Sequence record: LR756501.1
Strand: one strand, 5' to 3'
DNA length: 64,000 nt
The notes below the pieces were generated by a model. The model did no database searches, was not told the origin of the DNA, and saw only the letters and a program-made list of their open reading frames with translations. A program made the translations under genes and the position numbers. This document shows positions 26,653-36,807 of this stretch, piece after piece; within the stretch, counting starts at the first letter, position 1; each line of letters opens with the position of its first letter.

Positions 26653-26988
26653 TTATCTATATTTCCATTCTTTGAATTCGTTGGATTTTGGATCGTATTT
26701 TTTCCAATCATCGCCTGGGGCGTAACATTCATTCTCAATAGTTATTTTAATTTGTTTTCTATAACTATAATCTTTTTCAACTGAGTCTAAAATATATTCT
26801 TTTAACATACTATCATCGAACGGGTTGGAATCACCAAGACAAATAAAAATATGATTTTCACTTTCCTTATAAAAAGTTATACCATACTCTCCTGCACAAC
26901 ATAAAGATATACCAAGAGCATATTTTTTCAATTTATCTAAATTGATTGGATTGGTTTCCAATGTTTCATTTAATCTTTTTATTCTCAT
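26653..26988 (-). CDS. Hypothetical putative virion protein
   Basis: MRIKRLNETLE start. Confidence 0.6.
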   Translation of the reverse strand: MRIKRLNETLETNPINLDKLKKYALGISLCCAGEYGITFYKESENHIFICLGDSNPFDDSMLKEYILDSVEKDYSYRKQIKITIENECYAPGDDWKKYDPKSNEFKEWKYR

Positions 26989-26989
26989 A

Positions 26990-27313
26990 TTATTGTTTAT
27001 TTAATATCATGTTGATTGCTTCGATATTGAAATTAGAAAGAAAATCTTTCACTTCTATAAGATATTCTTGAAGGGTTTCACTATCGTCTGAAACGTTTAT
27101 AGCGTTAACAAGATCCCACCATTCTTTTTCGTTATCGAAACCTATAACGTTTAAAACGTCTTCTGATGAATTTTTCAATATGAAATATACGTTATCTTTA
27201 TATTCGTAGAATTCATCTGGATCGTTTAAATCAACGTAACCAGCGTCTTCGTCCCAGGGGAAAATGATTACGTTTTCGTTTCCAAAATTTTCAAACATTT
27301 TTAACTTTGCCAT
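26990..27313 (-). CDS. Hypothetical putative virion protein
   Basis: MAKLKMFENFGNE start; acidic. Confidence 0.6.
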   Translation of the reverse strand: MAKLKMFENFGNENVIIFPWDEDAGYVDLNDPDEFYEYKDNVYFILKNSSEDVLNVIGFDNEKEWWDLVNAINVSDDSETLQEYLIEVKDFLSNFNIEAINMILNKQ

Positions 27314-27317
27314 ATCT

Positions 27318-28208
27318 TTATTTTATTATTTTACTAAATAACCACACTTTAAAAATATATTGACTATTAATAACCTTAGTGGTTAAAATCTCTTTACCTA
27401 TAATAGCCTTTATAACTTTATATGTGCCTATTAATTTTTTATCTTCAAAAACTTTTGCCACTCTTCCTTCTGTACCTGCTGCACCAAGAATAGCAATATA
27501 TTCATTACCCATTACAGTTCTCATTATAGTCACTCTAGTTTCATCTATCTTCTTCTTATCCATAAGAGTATTTGTCCAAGGATCTCTTAAATTGAGTTCA
27601 GTATCAGTTGGTCTAATATCAATCTTTACAACAGTATTAGTATCATTAGTTACTTTTGATTCTTCTTCTAATTCAATCTTTCCTTCATTCAAAAGATTCT
27701 GTTGATTCCTTCTTATAATATTGAAATCAGCCTGTGCTATAATTCTTTCAGTCATAGCCCTATCATTCATCCTATATCCAACTGGCGGCAATCTGTAAAA
27801 ATCACCTGTAAACATCATAGATTTTATATTAGTAGTCTTAAATAATCTCCAAACCTTCTCAGTATTTCTCTTTTCGTGAACAGACCAACCATTTAAATGC
27901 CAACCTCTTACTAACATATTACGAGTATTTCTGTTAACACCAAGGACCATAGGGTATATAACTCTTTCTCTACCACCACGCCATTCGTCTTTATCGCCAG
28001 CGTAGTTAATAAGGATTATCATACCATTTTGAATAGCTTTGACCATAAGACCTTCGTTGAAAGGCATCTGTTTATTAACTGGAAAACCTGGTACAATATC
28101 TTTATTTTCAGCTGCTTCGCGAATGAGTCTACCGTTTTTAGTATTATATTTGTATCTAATTTTTGGTACAAAATAAAGATCTGTTGTATTTAAGTATTTT
28201 TCTACCAT
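27318..28208 (-). CDS. WYL-domain-like protein
   Basis: AIQNGMIILINY...RERVIYPMVLG...VRGWHLNG...WRLFKTTNI..TG.FY..P.GY..ND. Confidence 0.55.
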   Translation of the reverse strand: MVEKYLNTTDLYFVPKIRYKYNTKNGRLIREAAENKDIVPGFPVNKQMPFNEGLMVKAIQNGMIILINYAGDKDEWRGGRERVIYPMVLGVNRNTRNMLVRGWHLNGWSVHEKRNTEKVWRLFKTTNIKSMMFTGDFYRLPPVGYRMNDRAMTERIIAQADFNIIRRNQQNLLNEGKIELEEESKVTNDTNTVVKIDIRPTDTELNLRDPWTNTLMDKKKIDETRVTIMRTVMGNEYIAILGAAGTEGRVAKVFEDKKLIGTYKVIKAIIGKEILTTKVINSQYIFKVWLFSKIIK

Positions 28209-28256
28209 TAAAATTTTATTAAATTTTCGTTATATATTAATTTATAGAAATGATTT

Positions 28257-28943
28257 TTAAACTGTGAGTGTTTTCATAATAAAGAAACTATCTATTATAT
28301 CGTCCCAAGGTTTTGGCACGTTCTTCAATTTTAAAAGATCGTCCTTGTATTTATTTAACAATAAAGATAATTTATCATTCCCGTTAAGATCTATCAACGC
28401 TTTCATCATATCTTTCTTCACAAAACTACCACCTGATATACCTTCGCTGTTTTTGTTAATCTTCTTATTTTTCGCTTTAGGACTTAAAGTGTAACCGTAA
28501 ACTAACTCAGCAGTCATTGATTTTACGGTCATAGGTGAAAGTATAATCATCTTTTCTAATTTAGGAAGAGATAATAACTTCTGTCTCAAAAGAGTTGAAA
28601 AAGTTACAATATCAACTATACTATTAGTATTCTTTAAACCGTAATTATAACCCTCAATAGCCAAAAGAGTCTTGTCCTTTTTATTCACGTTTCCAATTAT
28701 CTTATTATATATCAAGTCAGTAACGTAATCATATTCTCTAAGTCTCATTATTTCGCTCTCAGTATAATTATCTATATCTTTATAGGTATAGTTAATAAAT
28801 TCGTAGTCAATAGTGTCCATAGTTTTTTTAACCCAACCAACGTTTCTTTTGAGAGTGGTAAAATTAGATATTATTATTTCTTCATCTCTTAATAAAGACA
28901 TTCCAGTTGAATCTATTGATATGTCTATTCCTACTAGGTTCAT
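28257..28943 (-). CDS. RuvC-like Holliday junction resolvase
   Basis: VGIDIS..STG, AIEGY, SPMTVK, KKDMM, DDIIDSF acidic tetrad pattern. Confidence 0.82.
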   Translation of the reverse strand: MNLVGIDISIDSTGMSLLRDEEIIISNFTTLKRNVGWVKKTMDTIDYEFINYTYKDIDNYTESEIMRLREYDYVTDLIYNKIIGNVNKKDKTLLAIEGYNYGLKNTNSIVDIVTFSTLLRQKLLSLPKLEKMIILSPMTVKSMTAELVYGYTLSPKAKNKKINKNSEGISGGSFVKKDMMKALIDLNGNDKLSLLLNKYKDDLLKLKNVPKPWDDIIDSFFIMKTLTV

Positions 28944-29006
28944 TGATTTTATTTATTTTTTTCAATTCATATATTTTTATATATAGAAAAAAACGGGTCC
29001 GCTTGT

Positions 29007-31220
29007 ATGATTAATTTCTTATTTGAAAATATGTTGGAAGGAGTTGCTGTTCATGAGATGATTTATGATGAAAGTGGAACTCCAATCGATTACAAAATAT
29101 TAAAAGTTAATAAAGGTTTCGAGAACATTTTAGATTTAAAAAGAGATAACGTTGTTGGTAAATTGGCCAGTGAGGTGTACGGTGATATACCTGCTTTAGC
29201 TGAATATAGTGACGTGGTTTTAAATAAGAAATCAGCACAATTTGAATTTTATTATCCTAAGATTAGAAGACATTTCCACGTGTCTGCTTCTTATTGGGAA
29301 ACAGGATTTGTGACTATTTTTTCTGACGTAACTGAATCTAAGAGAATATTAGAAAATTACAAATCTCTTTTGAGAGCTATACCAGATATGATGGCTAGAG
29401 TTAATTCACGTGGAATAATACTAGATATAAAACCAGGAGAGGGTATTTATTCTGATGTTGGACAATCTTTAATTTTTGTTGGTGGAAATATACTTGATTT
29501 ACCTTTCGGTGATGTGATAACAAGTGAGTTTAAAAAGATAATAGATGAAGTAATAGAAAAAAACGATCCCATTGAATTTTGTTATTCTCTTATAATAAGA
29601 AATGATGAGAGACATTATTATTCTAGAACTGTGAAGAGTGGTGAACACGAAGTTATTGTAATAGTAAGAGATATAACAGAGGAAAGAAATATAGGTAGAG
29701 AACTTAGAAATTCAAAAGATTTCGCTGAGAATTTAATGAATACCGCCAACGTTATGATAGTTGGTTTAGATATAAATGGACAAGTGATAATTTTTAATAA
29801 ATCGGCAGAAACCTTAACTGGTTATAATAAAGAAGAAATTATAGGGAAAAACTGGTTTAAAGATATTCCAATATTGGCAAAACAAGACGTTAAAAGAATA
29901 AACGAAACATTCGAATATTTAATTAGTGAAGAAGGATCTTTCAACGTTGTAGAAAATCCAATCATTACAAAAGAAGGTGAAATTAGATACATCTTGTGGC
30001 AAAATAACGAAATCAAAGAAAACGGAAAAGTTAGTGGAACTATATCTTTCGGATTGGACATTACAGATAGAAGGAAATTTGAAGAAGAACTAATGGACGC
30101 TAAAAATAAAGCTGAACAATCAGATAAAATGAAACTAGAATTTTTAGCCAATATGAGTCACGACCTACGTACCCCAATGAATTCAATTATAGGTTTTTCA
30201 GATTTATTGAGAACTAACAATCTCACCAAATCCGAGAAGGCAGATTATATAAACACAATAATAAACAACGGTAAATTCTTAATGGCACTCATAGACGATA
30301 TTATTGATATATCTAAAATAGACGCAGGTAGTCTGAAAGTTGAAAATAGAGACTTCGAACTTAATAAGCTCATGGAAGAACTCAGACTTTCATATTCTAA
30401 ACAAATTAAAGATAAAAATATAGAAATTATTATAGATGTTGATGTAAATAAAAACGTGATACTAAATTCAGATAAATACAGATTAAGACAAATACTTATG
30501 AACCTTATAGGCAACGCTATAAAATTTACTAACGATGGTTACGTTAAATTTGGATATAAAATATTGAATAACAAACAATTAGAGATATACGTTGAGGATA
30601 CTGGAGTAGGTATTGCTCGTCAAAATCAAAGAGTTATATTTGAAAGATTTAAGCAGATCGATAATAGTAATAAATTTAAAGGGGCTGGTCTTGGTTTATC
30701 TATTACAAGGTCGTTAGTTGAACTATTAGGATTTAAAGAAATAAGATTAATTTCAGAATTAGATAAGGGTAGTAAATTTTATTTTAACGCTTCTTACGTT
30801 ATAAAACCTTATAATTATATGAATGAAATCAAAGAAAAATCCAAACATAAAAAGATGGATTTTAGTGGTAAAAATATTTTAGTAGTTGAAGATAATCAGG
30901 AAAGTAGAACAATTATTAAATTTTATTTATATCATACTAAGGCTAATATAATAGAAGTGACAGATGGCACTAAAGTGTTGGATATAGTTAAAAATCAAGA
31001 TATAGATCTAGTGTTATTAGATATAGGATTACCTGGTAAGAACGGATATGATGTATTAAAAGAGTTAAGAGATTACGATAATAGACTACCTATTATTATA
31101 GAATCAGCGTTAGCTATGCCAGACCAGAAAAGTAAGGCTTTTAATTTGGGGTGTGATGATTTTATATCGAAACCTTTTACCAGAGAAGATTTTTTAAACA
31201 AAATAGACAATTTACTATAA
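29007..31220 (+). CDS. Cytoplasmic hybrid sensor histidine kinase (PAS x3, HisKA, HATPase, receiver)
   Basis: FLANMSHDLRTPMNSIIGF, LMNLIGNAIKFT, DTGVGI, GAGLGLSI; receiver ILVVEDN, LLDIGLP, ISKP; no transmembrane helices. Confidence 0.95.
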   Translation: MINFLFENMLEGVAVHEMIYDESGTPIDYKILKVNKGFENILDLKRDNVVGKLASEVYGDIPALAEYSDVVLNKKSAQFEFYYPKIRRHFHVSASYWETGFVTIFSDVTESKRILENYKSLLRAIPDMMARVNSRGIILDIKPGEGIYSDVGQSLIFVGGNILDLPFGDVITSEFKKIIDEVIEKNDPIEFCYSLIIRNDERHYYSRTVKSGEHEVIVIVRDITEERNIGRELRNSKDFAENLMNTANVMIVGLDINGQVIIFNKSAETLTGYNKEEIIGKNWFKDIPILAKQDVKRINETFEYLISEEGSFNVVENPIITKEGEIRYILWQNNEIKENGKVSGTISFGLDITDRRKFEEELMDAKNKAEQSDKMKLEFLANMSHDLRTPMNSIIGFSDLLRTNNLTKSEKADYINTIINNGKFLMALIDDIIDISKIDAGSLKVENRDFELNKLMEELRLSYSKQIKDKNIEIIIDVDVNKNVILNSDKYRLRQILMNLIGNAIKFTNDGYVKFGYKILNNKQLEIYVEDTGVGIARQNQRVIFERFKQIDNSNKFKGAGLGLSITRSLVELLGFKEIRLISELDKGSKFYFNASYVIKPYNYMNEIKEKSKHKKMDFSGKNILVVEDNQESRTIIKFYLYHTKANIIEVTDGTKVLDIVKNQDIDLVLLDIGLPGKNGYDVLKELRDYDNRLPIIIESALAMPDQKSKAFNLGCDDFISKPFTREDFLNKIDNLL

Positions 31221-31243
31221 ATATAAAAAACAACAAATCAATT

Positions 31244-31522
31244 ATGTACGTAATAACAGATTTAAGAAGAAAACAGATAAATGATTATATGTCTTCAATC
31301 GAATTAAATGAAGAATCAATCAGCGTTAGTCAAATAAAGAGTGATCTTCAAAGAATACTCGGTGAAAAGCCTGGTGTTGAATTAAAGTATAAAACAGACG
31401 CGATGCTCGTGGAAGGTGGCCAGAAGGTCAGAAAAAAAGGTATATTAGAATCAATTACGATCTTCTATACCTTTGAAGATATGGATGGTCCACACTTCGA
31501 TAGAGTTTCCTATTTTGTTTAA
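31244..31522 (+). CDS. Hypothetical protein
   Basis: 92-aa ORF. Confidence 0.55.
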   Translation: MYVITDLRRKQINDYMSSIELNEESISVSQIKSDLQRILGEKPGVELKYKTDAMLVEGGQKVRKKGILESITIFYTFEDMDGPHFDRVSYFV

Positions 31523-32469
31523 TTCTTTTTATAGGCTCTAAAATAATCACAGTATATACTCTTTGGTACATCAGCGGGATTTGGACCATATTCCTTATCG
31601 TATGTATAATTGAATGTTATCAGAGTCAACATGTCTCTATTTGGAATATGTTTATCTAAGACATAAACGGCTAAATTATCAATATACCACACTACTTTAT
31701 CTGGTGTCCACTCACAGGCGTAAATATGATAATCGTTCGCTAAGAAATCTTTTCCTGGGAATTTTAATCTTCTTCCTTTCATTTCTATTGGTGTTTGAGC
31801 TTGTAAAGCGATAATAAAATCCGTTTTTTGTTGTTCCCAAGGTTCTTGTTGTAAAAATTTACAGGTGTCGTCAAAATCTGTTGCAACATAACCGTATGCT
31901 AAGTAAATTTGATCGTATATAGCTTGTATTTCTTTTGCATTTTTCCAAGTATTTCTCCAATGTAAAGTCATTGTGAAATATGAACTATTATCGCCCATCA
32001 ATTCAAAAATATCAATTTCTGGAGGCCAACTATCGGAAGAACTTAACCAAAATGCAGGCCAGTATTTAAGTCCACCAGGTGATAATTTTTCTCTTGCTTC
32101 AAAATAACCGTATTTGGTATTAAAGAAATTCCAACTATAAAGCCCGCCAGATTTAACTAAAGGTTCATCAGGCACATTATTTAAATCAGAAGTTAAAACA
32201 GCGTCACTTCCTGTTTGTGTAACCTGAGATTGTTTAAATATAACCATATCCCTTTGGCAACCCCACTGTTCACACCATCTCCAAGTGTTCCAATCGATAG
32301 GTTGATCAAATTCATCAGCGTACACTTTTGTATATCCTAATTTATCTGGTGAATTATTATGATCTCTTTTAAAATAATTAGTAAACCACGCTTTTGTGTA
32401 AAAACGAACATAGTACCAACCATTGGTCAACCATGTTTTAAAACTCATGTTGTAAAATAAATTGCACAT
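31519..32469 (-). CDS. Glycoside hydrolase family 16
   Basis: YGYFEAR, WPAFWL, EIDIFE catalytic motif, HIYACEWTPDKVVWYIDN, DYFRAY. Confidence 0.9.
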   Translation of the reverse strand: MCNLFYNMSFKTWLTNGWYYVRFYTKAWFTNYFKRDHNNSPDKLGYTKVYADEFDQPIDWNTWRWCEQWGCQRDMVIFKQSQVTQTGSDAVLTSDLNNVPDEPLVKSGGLYSWNFFNTKYGYFEAREKLSPGGLKYWPAFWLSSSDSWPPEIDIFELMGDNSSYFTMTLHWRNTWKNAKEIQAIYDQIYLAYGYVATDFDDTCKFLQQEPWEQQKTDFIIALQAQTPIEMKGRRLKFPGKDFLANDYHIYACEWTPDKVVWYIDNLAVYVLDKHIPNRDMLTLITFNYTYDKEYGPNPADVPKSIYCDYFRAYKKN

Positions 32470-32486
32470 ATATTTTGGATTATTTT

Positions 32487-34700
32487 TTAACTTATTCTTT
32501 TTATAAAAAATTTTAACATCTTCTGTAGCACTTTGTTCTTCTCGAAGAAATCATGGTTCAATAACTGTAAGTAATATTCTTTATTTGCTACAAAATATTT
32601 TTTAGATTCCCCCGTATCTTCGTAATTAAATACTACACCACCGTCCTTTTCCAATTCCACTTTAGCTCCACCAAATGTACTAGGTGCTATCATTTTAAAT
32701 AAATGTCTGAAAATAACTCTCGGTGGTGTTTTGAAATTATATCTCTTTACCAATACATTAACCATATCAGCAGTCATCATACCCCATACTGGTTTATTTT
32801 CTTTTATTAGTTCGTTTAGTCCTCTCATAATAGATTTAATATCCCCCGCTGACCCCACTAATTTATAGAAACCAGACGCTTGTGGTCTTACTGCTATATA
32901 ACCGTTATAATCACCGTAAAATTCCCAATTTTGACTCCTTTCTTTAAATTTATCGAAATCCCAAGCTGAACCAGTTGCTTTTTCGTAAGAAGCTTTAAAC
33001 AATTCATACCTTCTCTCAGTATCTTCAGCCTGCTTCTTTTCTGCTGGATCGTCATCTTTAAACATATCCCACATACTTCTCACACCACCAAAAACATATG
33101 AATTCATATCTTTATGTTTCTTAATCAATTTTGGATCGTCATGTAAAAATTCTATTTCCTCTTTAAAATTATATTCTTTGTGTCTATTAAGAAATTCTAT
33201 TGTTTTTTGTTTATTGGCGTTCAATAAACTACCAATTAATATCTTTCTTTTTAAATCAATAGTATCACCCAAATCTAACATTGGTTTATAACTCATATAA
33301 GTATCAATATACTTCTTAAAAAATTCGTCTCCAAACTTATTAATCAATATTTTTATTAATCTCTCATCCAATCTATCTATTCTAAATTTACCAAAGTTAT
33401 TCATGTAAACTTGTAAAGCGTTGATCATTATCCTATTATCTTTATTCATTTCAATAAACTCTGGATGACCACTTATAAAATCGTAATCCCCTTTATTAAC
33501 TTTTAATAAGAAAATATTAATAACCCAGTTTGGATCTTTCTTATAAATCCTTTCTAATTTATTAGTATCAATCCATTCACCGTCGTCAACACACTTTTTA
33601 ATTTCATTTTTATAACTGGATAAATCGTTTATTTCAATAATATCAAAATTATTAAACATCTTAGGAGCAAGTAATAAAGCTTGATGTGGTTCGTTACTAT
33701 GAATAAAACCGTCGCCGTGATCAACAAAAGCATCTATGCCAATTTTTCTAAACATATTACCCCACCTAGATACGTCTTCGTCAGCTAAATGATAAGTTAA
33801 CGTCCAAAATTTATGCACCTCAATATCTTGATCTTTTCTTATATTATAAGTCATATTGGAAAACATATCGTAATGAAATAAATGATGCTTGTCCTCCTCT
33901 TCTGGCTCCCCTTTAATATACTTCTTCACATTATCCAGTATCCTTTCAAAATAAGCACCCTTATTATAATACATATCAATTAACTTCTGGTAAAAAGGCT
34001 TTATATCTTCAAAAGTGGAATCATTATCCAGTACAACAGCCTTAGGATTAAGCTGATATAAATATATAAAACTAGGATCGTTTCTACCTTTATATGGAAA
34101 TAGGTCAAGGAATTCTTGAACTGTATTACATTCTTTAATTTTTGGTAAGAAGTCTATAGCTGGGTATGAGTAGACACCTGTTGGTGTACCAAAAGTATTT
34201 TTAGGGTTAATGAGTGAAACGTTAACTGAATCTCTAAATGATATGAATATATTTGGTTTAGAGCAGTCTGATTTTATTTTATCTATATTTGATTCTTCTG
34301 ATTTACTTTCGTTTACTTCAAGTTTTCCTTTTTTGTACCATCTTATTTTAGTAGTTTTATTTTCTACTGCTTCTTCTAATTTATAAACGGTGTCTGTACT
34401 GATTACATTAAATTGATCTGGCGTATCTCCCATTTTGATATTAGTTATTTTATCTTCACTAATATTTTGACTTCCAGAGTTTCCGCGTTCATATTTAGCA
34501 ATCAATCTTTTTTTATTATCATCGTAAACATATTCTTTTATATAATAAATACCATTCATAGAAATATCATCGTTAGTAAAAAGCACCCACCCTAAAAACT
34601 CTTGTTTTAGAACATAATAAGTCATTTCATCAGGAAAACGTCCTTTAAAATATTCATCCATTCTTGCTACAGGACCAACCTTTTCAAAATCCATCGTCAT
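32487..34700 (-). CDS. Large multi-module hypothetical protein, possibly with an ADP-ribosyltransferase-like domain
   Basis: 737 aa; RWYKKGKL motif followed by VNES; INPKNTFGTPTGVYSYP and GIDAFVDHGDGFIHSNEPHQ segments. Confidence 0.55.
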   Translation of the reverse strand: MTMDFEKVGPVARMDEYFKGRFPDEMTYYVLKQEFLGWVLFTNDDISMNGIYYIKEYVYDDNKKRLIAKYERGNSGSQNISEDKITNIKMGDTPDQFNVISTDTVYKLEEAVENKTTKIRWYKKGKLEVNESKSEESNIDKIKSDCSKPNIFISFRDSVNVSLINPKNTFGTPTGVYSYPAIDFLPKIKECNTVQEFLDLFPYKGRNDPSFIYLYQLNPKAVVLDNDSTFEDIKPFYQKLIDMYYNKGAYFERILDNVKKYIKGEPEEEDKHHLFHYDMFSNMTYNIRKDQDIEVHKFWTLTYHLADEDVSRWGNMFRKIGIDAFVDHGDGFIHSNEPHQALLLAPKMFNNFDIIEINDLSSYKNEIKKCVDDGEWIDTNKLERIYKKDPNWVINIFLLKVNKGDYDFISGHPEFIEMNKDNRIMINALQVYMNNFGKFRIDRLDERLIKILINKFGDEFFKKYIDTYMSYKPMLDLGDTIDLKRKILIGSLLNANKQKTIEFLNRHKEYNFKEEIEFLHDDPKLIKKHKDMNSYVFGGVRSMWDMFKDDDPAEKKQAEDTERRYELFKASYEKATGSAWDFDKFKERSQNWEFYGDYNGYIAVRPQASGFYKLVGSAGDIKSIMRGLNELIKENKPVWGMMTADMVNVLVKRYNFKTPPRVIFRHLFKMIAPSTFGGAKVELEKDGGVVFNYEDTGESKKYFVANKEYYLQLLNHDFFEKNKVLQKMLKFFIKRIS

Positions 34701-35527
34701 ATTCTAATCTTCTTTTTATCCTTACCAGATGTATCAAATAAATAATAACTTATATCATATTTATTCTCAACATCTAACGATTTCTCACCAGAGAAAAATT
34801 CACCAACGTCTTGAATAGTTCTACTTCTATCATCTGAGAATCCTACCTTTGCTGGTAGTCCAAGTTTTCTACTTGATCTTTTTATTCTATCTAAAAATCT
34901 CTTTATAACAACTGATTTGCCGTAACCAACAAGTTGACTTATTTTCATATTTGGAACTTTAAAAGTTTCTTTAAAATAATCACTCATAACTCCAACGTAA
35001 TCACATTTATCAAGATAGTCTTCAATTACGTCATCGGGTTCGTTACCAAATAATTTATGGAATTTCTTACAATTATTTTCCATTTCTTCTCTTTGATCAT
35101 CATCGAGATAATTATTTATAATCCACTCTACAGCTTTTCTTATAGAGGATGGTTCGTGACCACGTGCTGTTATAATTAAAAATATTCTACCATCTATTAA
35201 TGAATAAATAAAATCATCCCACGATGGTCCAAAATGTCCGTATTTTATAGCCTTAATAGTATCAAGTAAAAAAGCTTTATTACCTCTTGGTCCTGTATCA
35301 GATTGTTCCTCAAACGTTTCGTGATAATTTCCGTTTCTCATTCTTGTTTTTTCACTTGATATATATTTATGAAATTGTGAAGCTGGTACGTCAACTGCCA
35401 CCCATTCACCGTGAACAAGTCTGTCTAGGTGCACTGTTGAAGGCATGTATAAAATATTGTCGTCCCAATCTAGCATACTATAGCGAAGTACCTCATTTTT
35501 ACTATAATCTTCGTATTTTTTGATCAT
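34697..35527 (-). CDS. HAD-superfamily phosphatase
   Basis: LDWDDNI (DxD), IITARGH, GFSDD; MIKKYEDYSKNE start. Confidence 0.75.
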   Translation of the reverse strand: MIKKYEDYSKNEVLRYSMLDWDDNILYMPSTVHLDRLVHGEWVAVDVPASQFHKYISSEKTRMRNGNYHETFEEQSDTGPRGNKAFLLDTIKAIKYGHFGPSWDDFIYSLIDGRIFLIITARGHEPSSIRKAVEWIINNYLDDDQREEMENNCKKFHKLFGNEPDDVIEDYLDKCDYVGVMSDYFKETFKVPNMKISQLVGYGKSVVIKRFLDRIKRSSRKLGLPAKVGFSDDRSRTIQDVGEFFSGEKSLDVENKYDISYYLFDTSGKDKKKIRI

Positions 35528-35542
35528 ATATCTATATATTAA

Positions 35543-35836
35543 AAAACAAAATTAAAATACAGAGGCACTTATGAGAAAGATTTTTTAGATTATTGTTATT
35601 CTAATAATATATTAATTGAGAAAGGACCAACTATTATATACTATCATAAGAATAAGAATAAGAAAAAATATTATCACTCTGATTTTTATATACCTGGTAA
35701 GAATTTAATATGTGAAATAAAATCTGATTATTATTTAAATAAATATTATGATATAAACCAATCTAAAAAAGAATATGCTATTAAAGAAGGGTACAATTTC
35801 AATTTCATTGTGAATAAGAACTATTCAGAATTGTAA
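35543..35836 (+). pseudogene. 5'-truncated PD-(D/E)xK endonuclease remnant
   Basis: 97-codon frame without a start codon, translated by hand: YRGTYEKDFLDYC...YYHSDFYIPGKNLICEIKS...GYNFNFIV. Confidence 0.65.
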
Positions 35837-35847
35837 TTTTCTTATCA

Positions 35848-36807
35848 TTAGTACCTATTTCTGTTCCATTTATTATTAAGATCTCCCCAAAAACCATCAC
35901 CAGATGGCGTATCACTCCAGTGTAAACAATTATCTATAATATCTAATTTTGAATTTTTCAGTACGTTATTAAAATTATCTTTATATTTTTGGTGGCAATA
36001 TTTAATGAATTCATCGTAAGCCCCATTTTTTATAAGAAAGTCTCTAAACTTATCGTCTGTTATAAAATCAATATAATCTGGTACATTATAATCTATATTT
36101 GGGTCAAGGGTTAATTTGCCTTTATTATACCATTTAACAGCCTCATCCATATCATCGTCGTAGGCTCCAATTTTTTTATTCCATTTTGTATCAAGATTAG
36201 ACCAAAATCTAGAACCTCTTGAATTGTGTGTTGAATCATCCCAAGAAAAAGCGTTATCTATATATTGTTCTCTATCGTTATTTTTAAAATCTCTTTTAAA
36301 ACCTGGTTCACAACTAGCGACATAATCATCGTAACAAAAATTATATATTAGAAACTCTCTAAACTCGTTATCTGTTATAAAATCATCGAATTCTTTCTCT
36401 GGTGGCGATACGAAGTTTGTATCTATTGTTAATTTACCTTTCTTATACCATTTGACTGCTTCGTTATTTATTACTAATCTGAATAAGTCTGATATAACTG
36501 ATTCAAGATGGCAATTATATCTTGTTTTTGTTTTACCTTCTGGTGTATTATAAAAATAATATTTTAATTGGTCTTCTAATTGATCAGATATTTTATTATA
36601 TACTTCTCTGAAAGTTTTCATGTATTCATCGTTGGAATATTCGTTCCATTTTTTAAATTTATATTTATTAAATACAGAAAGAATTACACTTTTCTCTATT
36701 TCTACATCTTCTGGTTTTATTATCAAACCAAATTCAGCTTCACTTTTAAGAACGTTATTGTGAATAATATCAAGTAATAAACTATGGTCTTTAAATTCTC
36801 TAATCAT
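35848..36807 (-). CDS. Hypothetical protein with internal module duplication
   Basis: Two copies of EAVKWYxKGKL...FITD..FR.FL...ID....W......FW..L..KW. Confidence 0.7.
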   Translation of the reverse strand: MIREFKDHSLLLDIIHNNVLKSEAEFGLIIKPEDVEIEKSVILSVFNKYKFKKWNEYSNDEYMKTFREVYNKISDQLEDQLKYYFYNTPEGKTKTRYNCHLESVISDLFRLVINNEAVKWYKKGKLTIDTNFVSPPEKEFDDFITDNEFREFLIYNFCYDDYVASCEPGFKRDFKNNDREQYIDNAFSWDDSTHNSRGSRFWSNLDTKWNKKIGAYDDDMDEAVKWYNKGKLTLDPNIDYNVPDYIDFITDDKFRDFLIKNGAYDEFIKYCHQKYKDNFNNVLKNSKLDIIDNCLHWSDTPSGDGFWGDLNNKWNRNRY

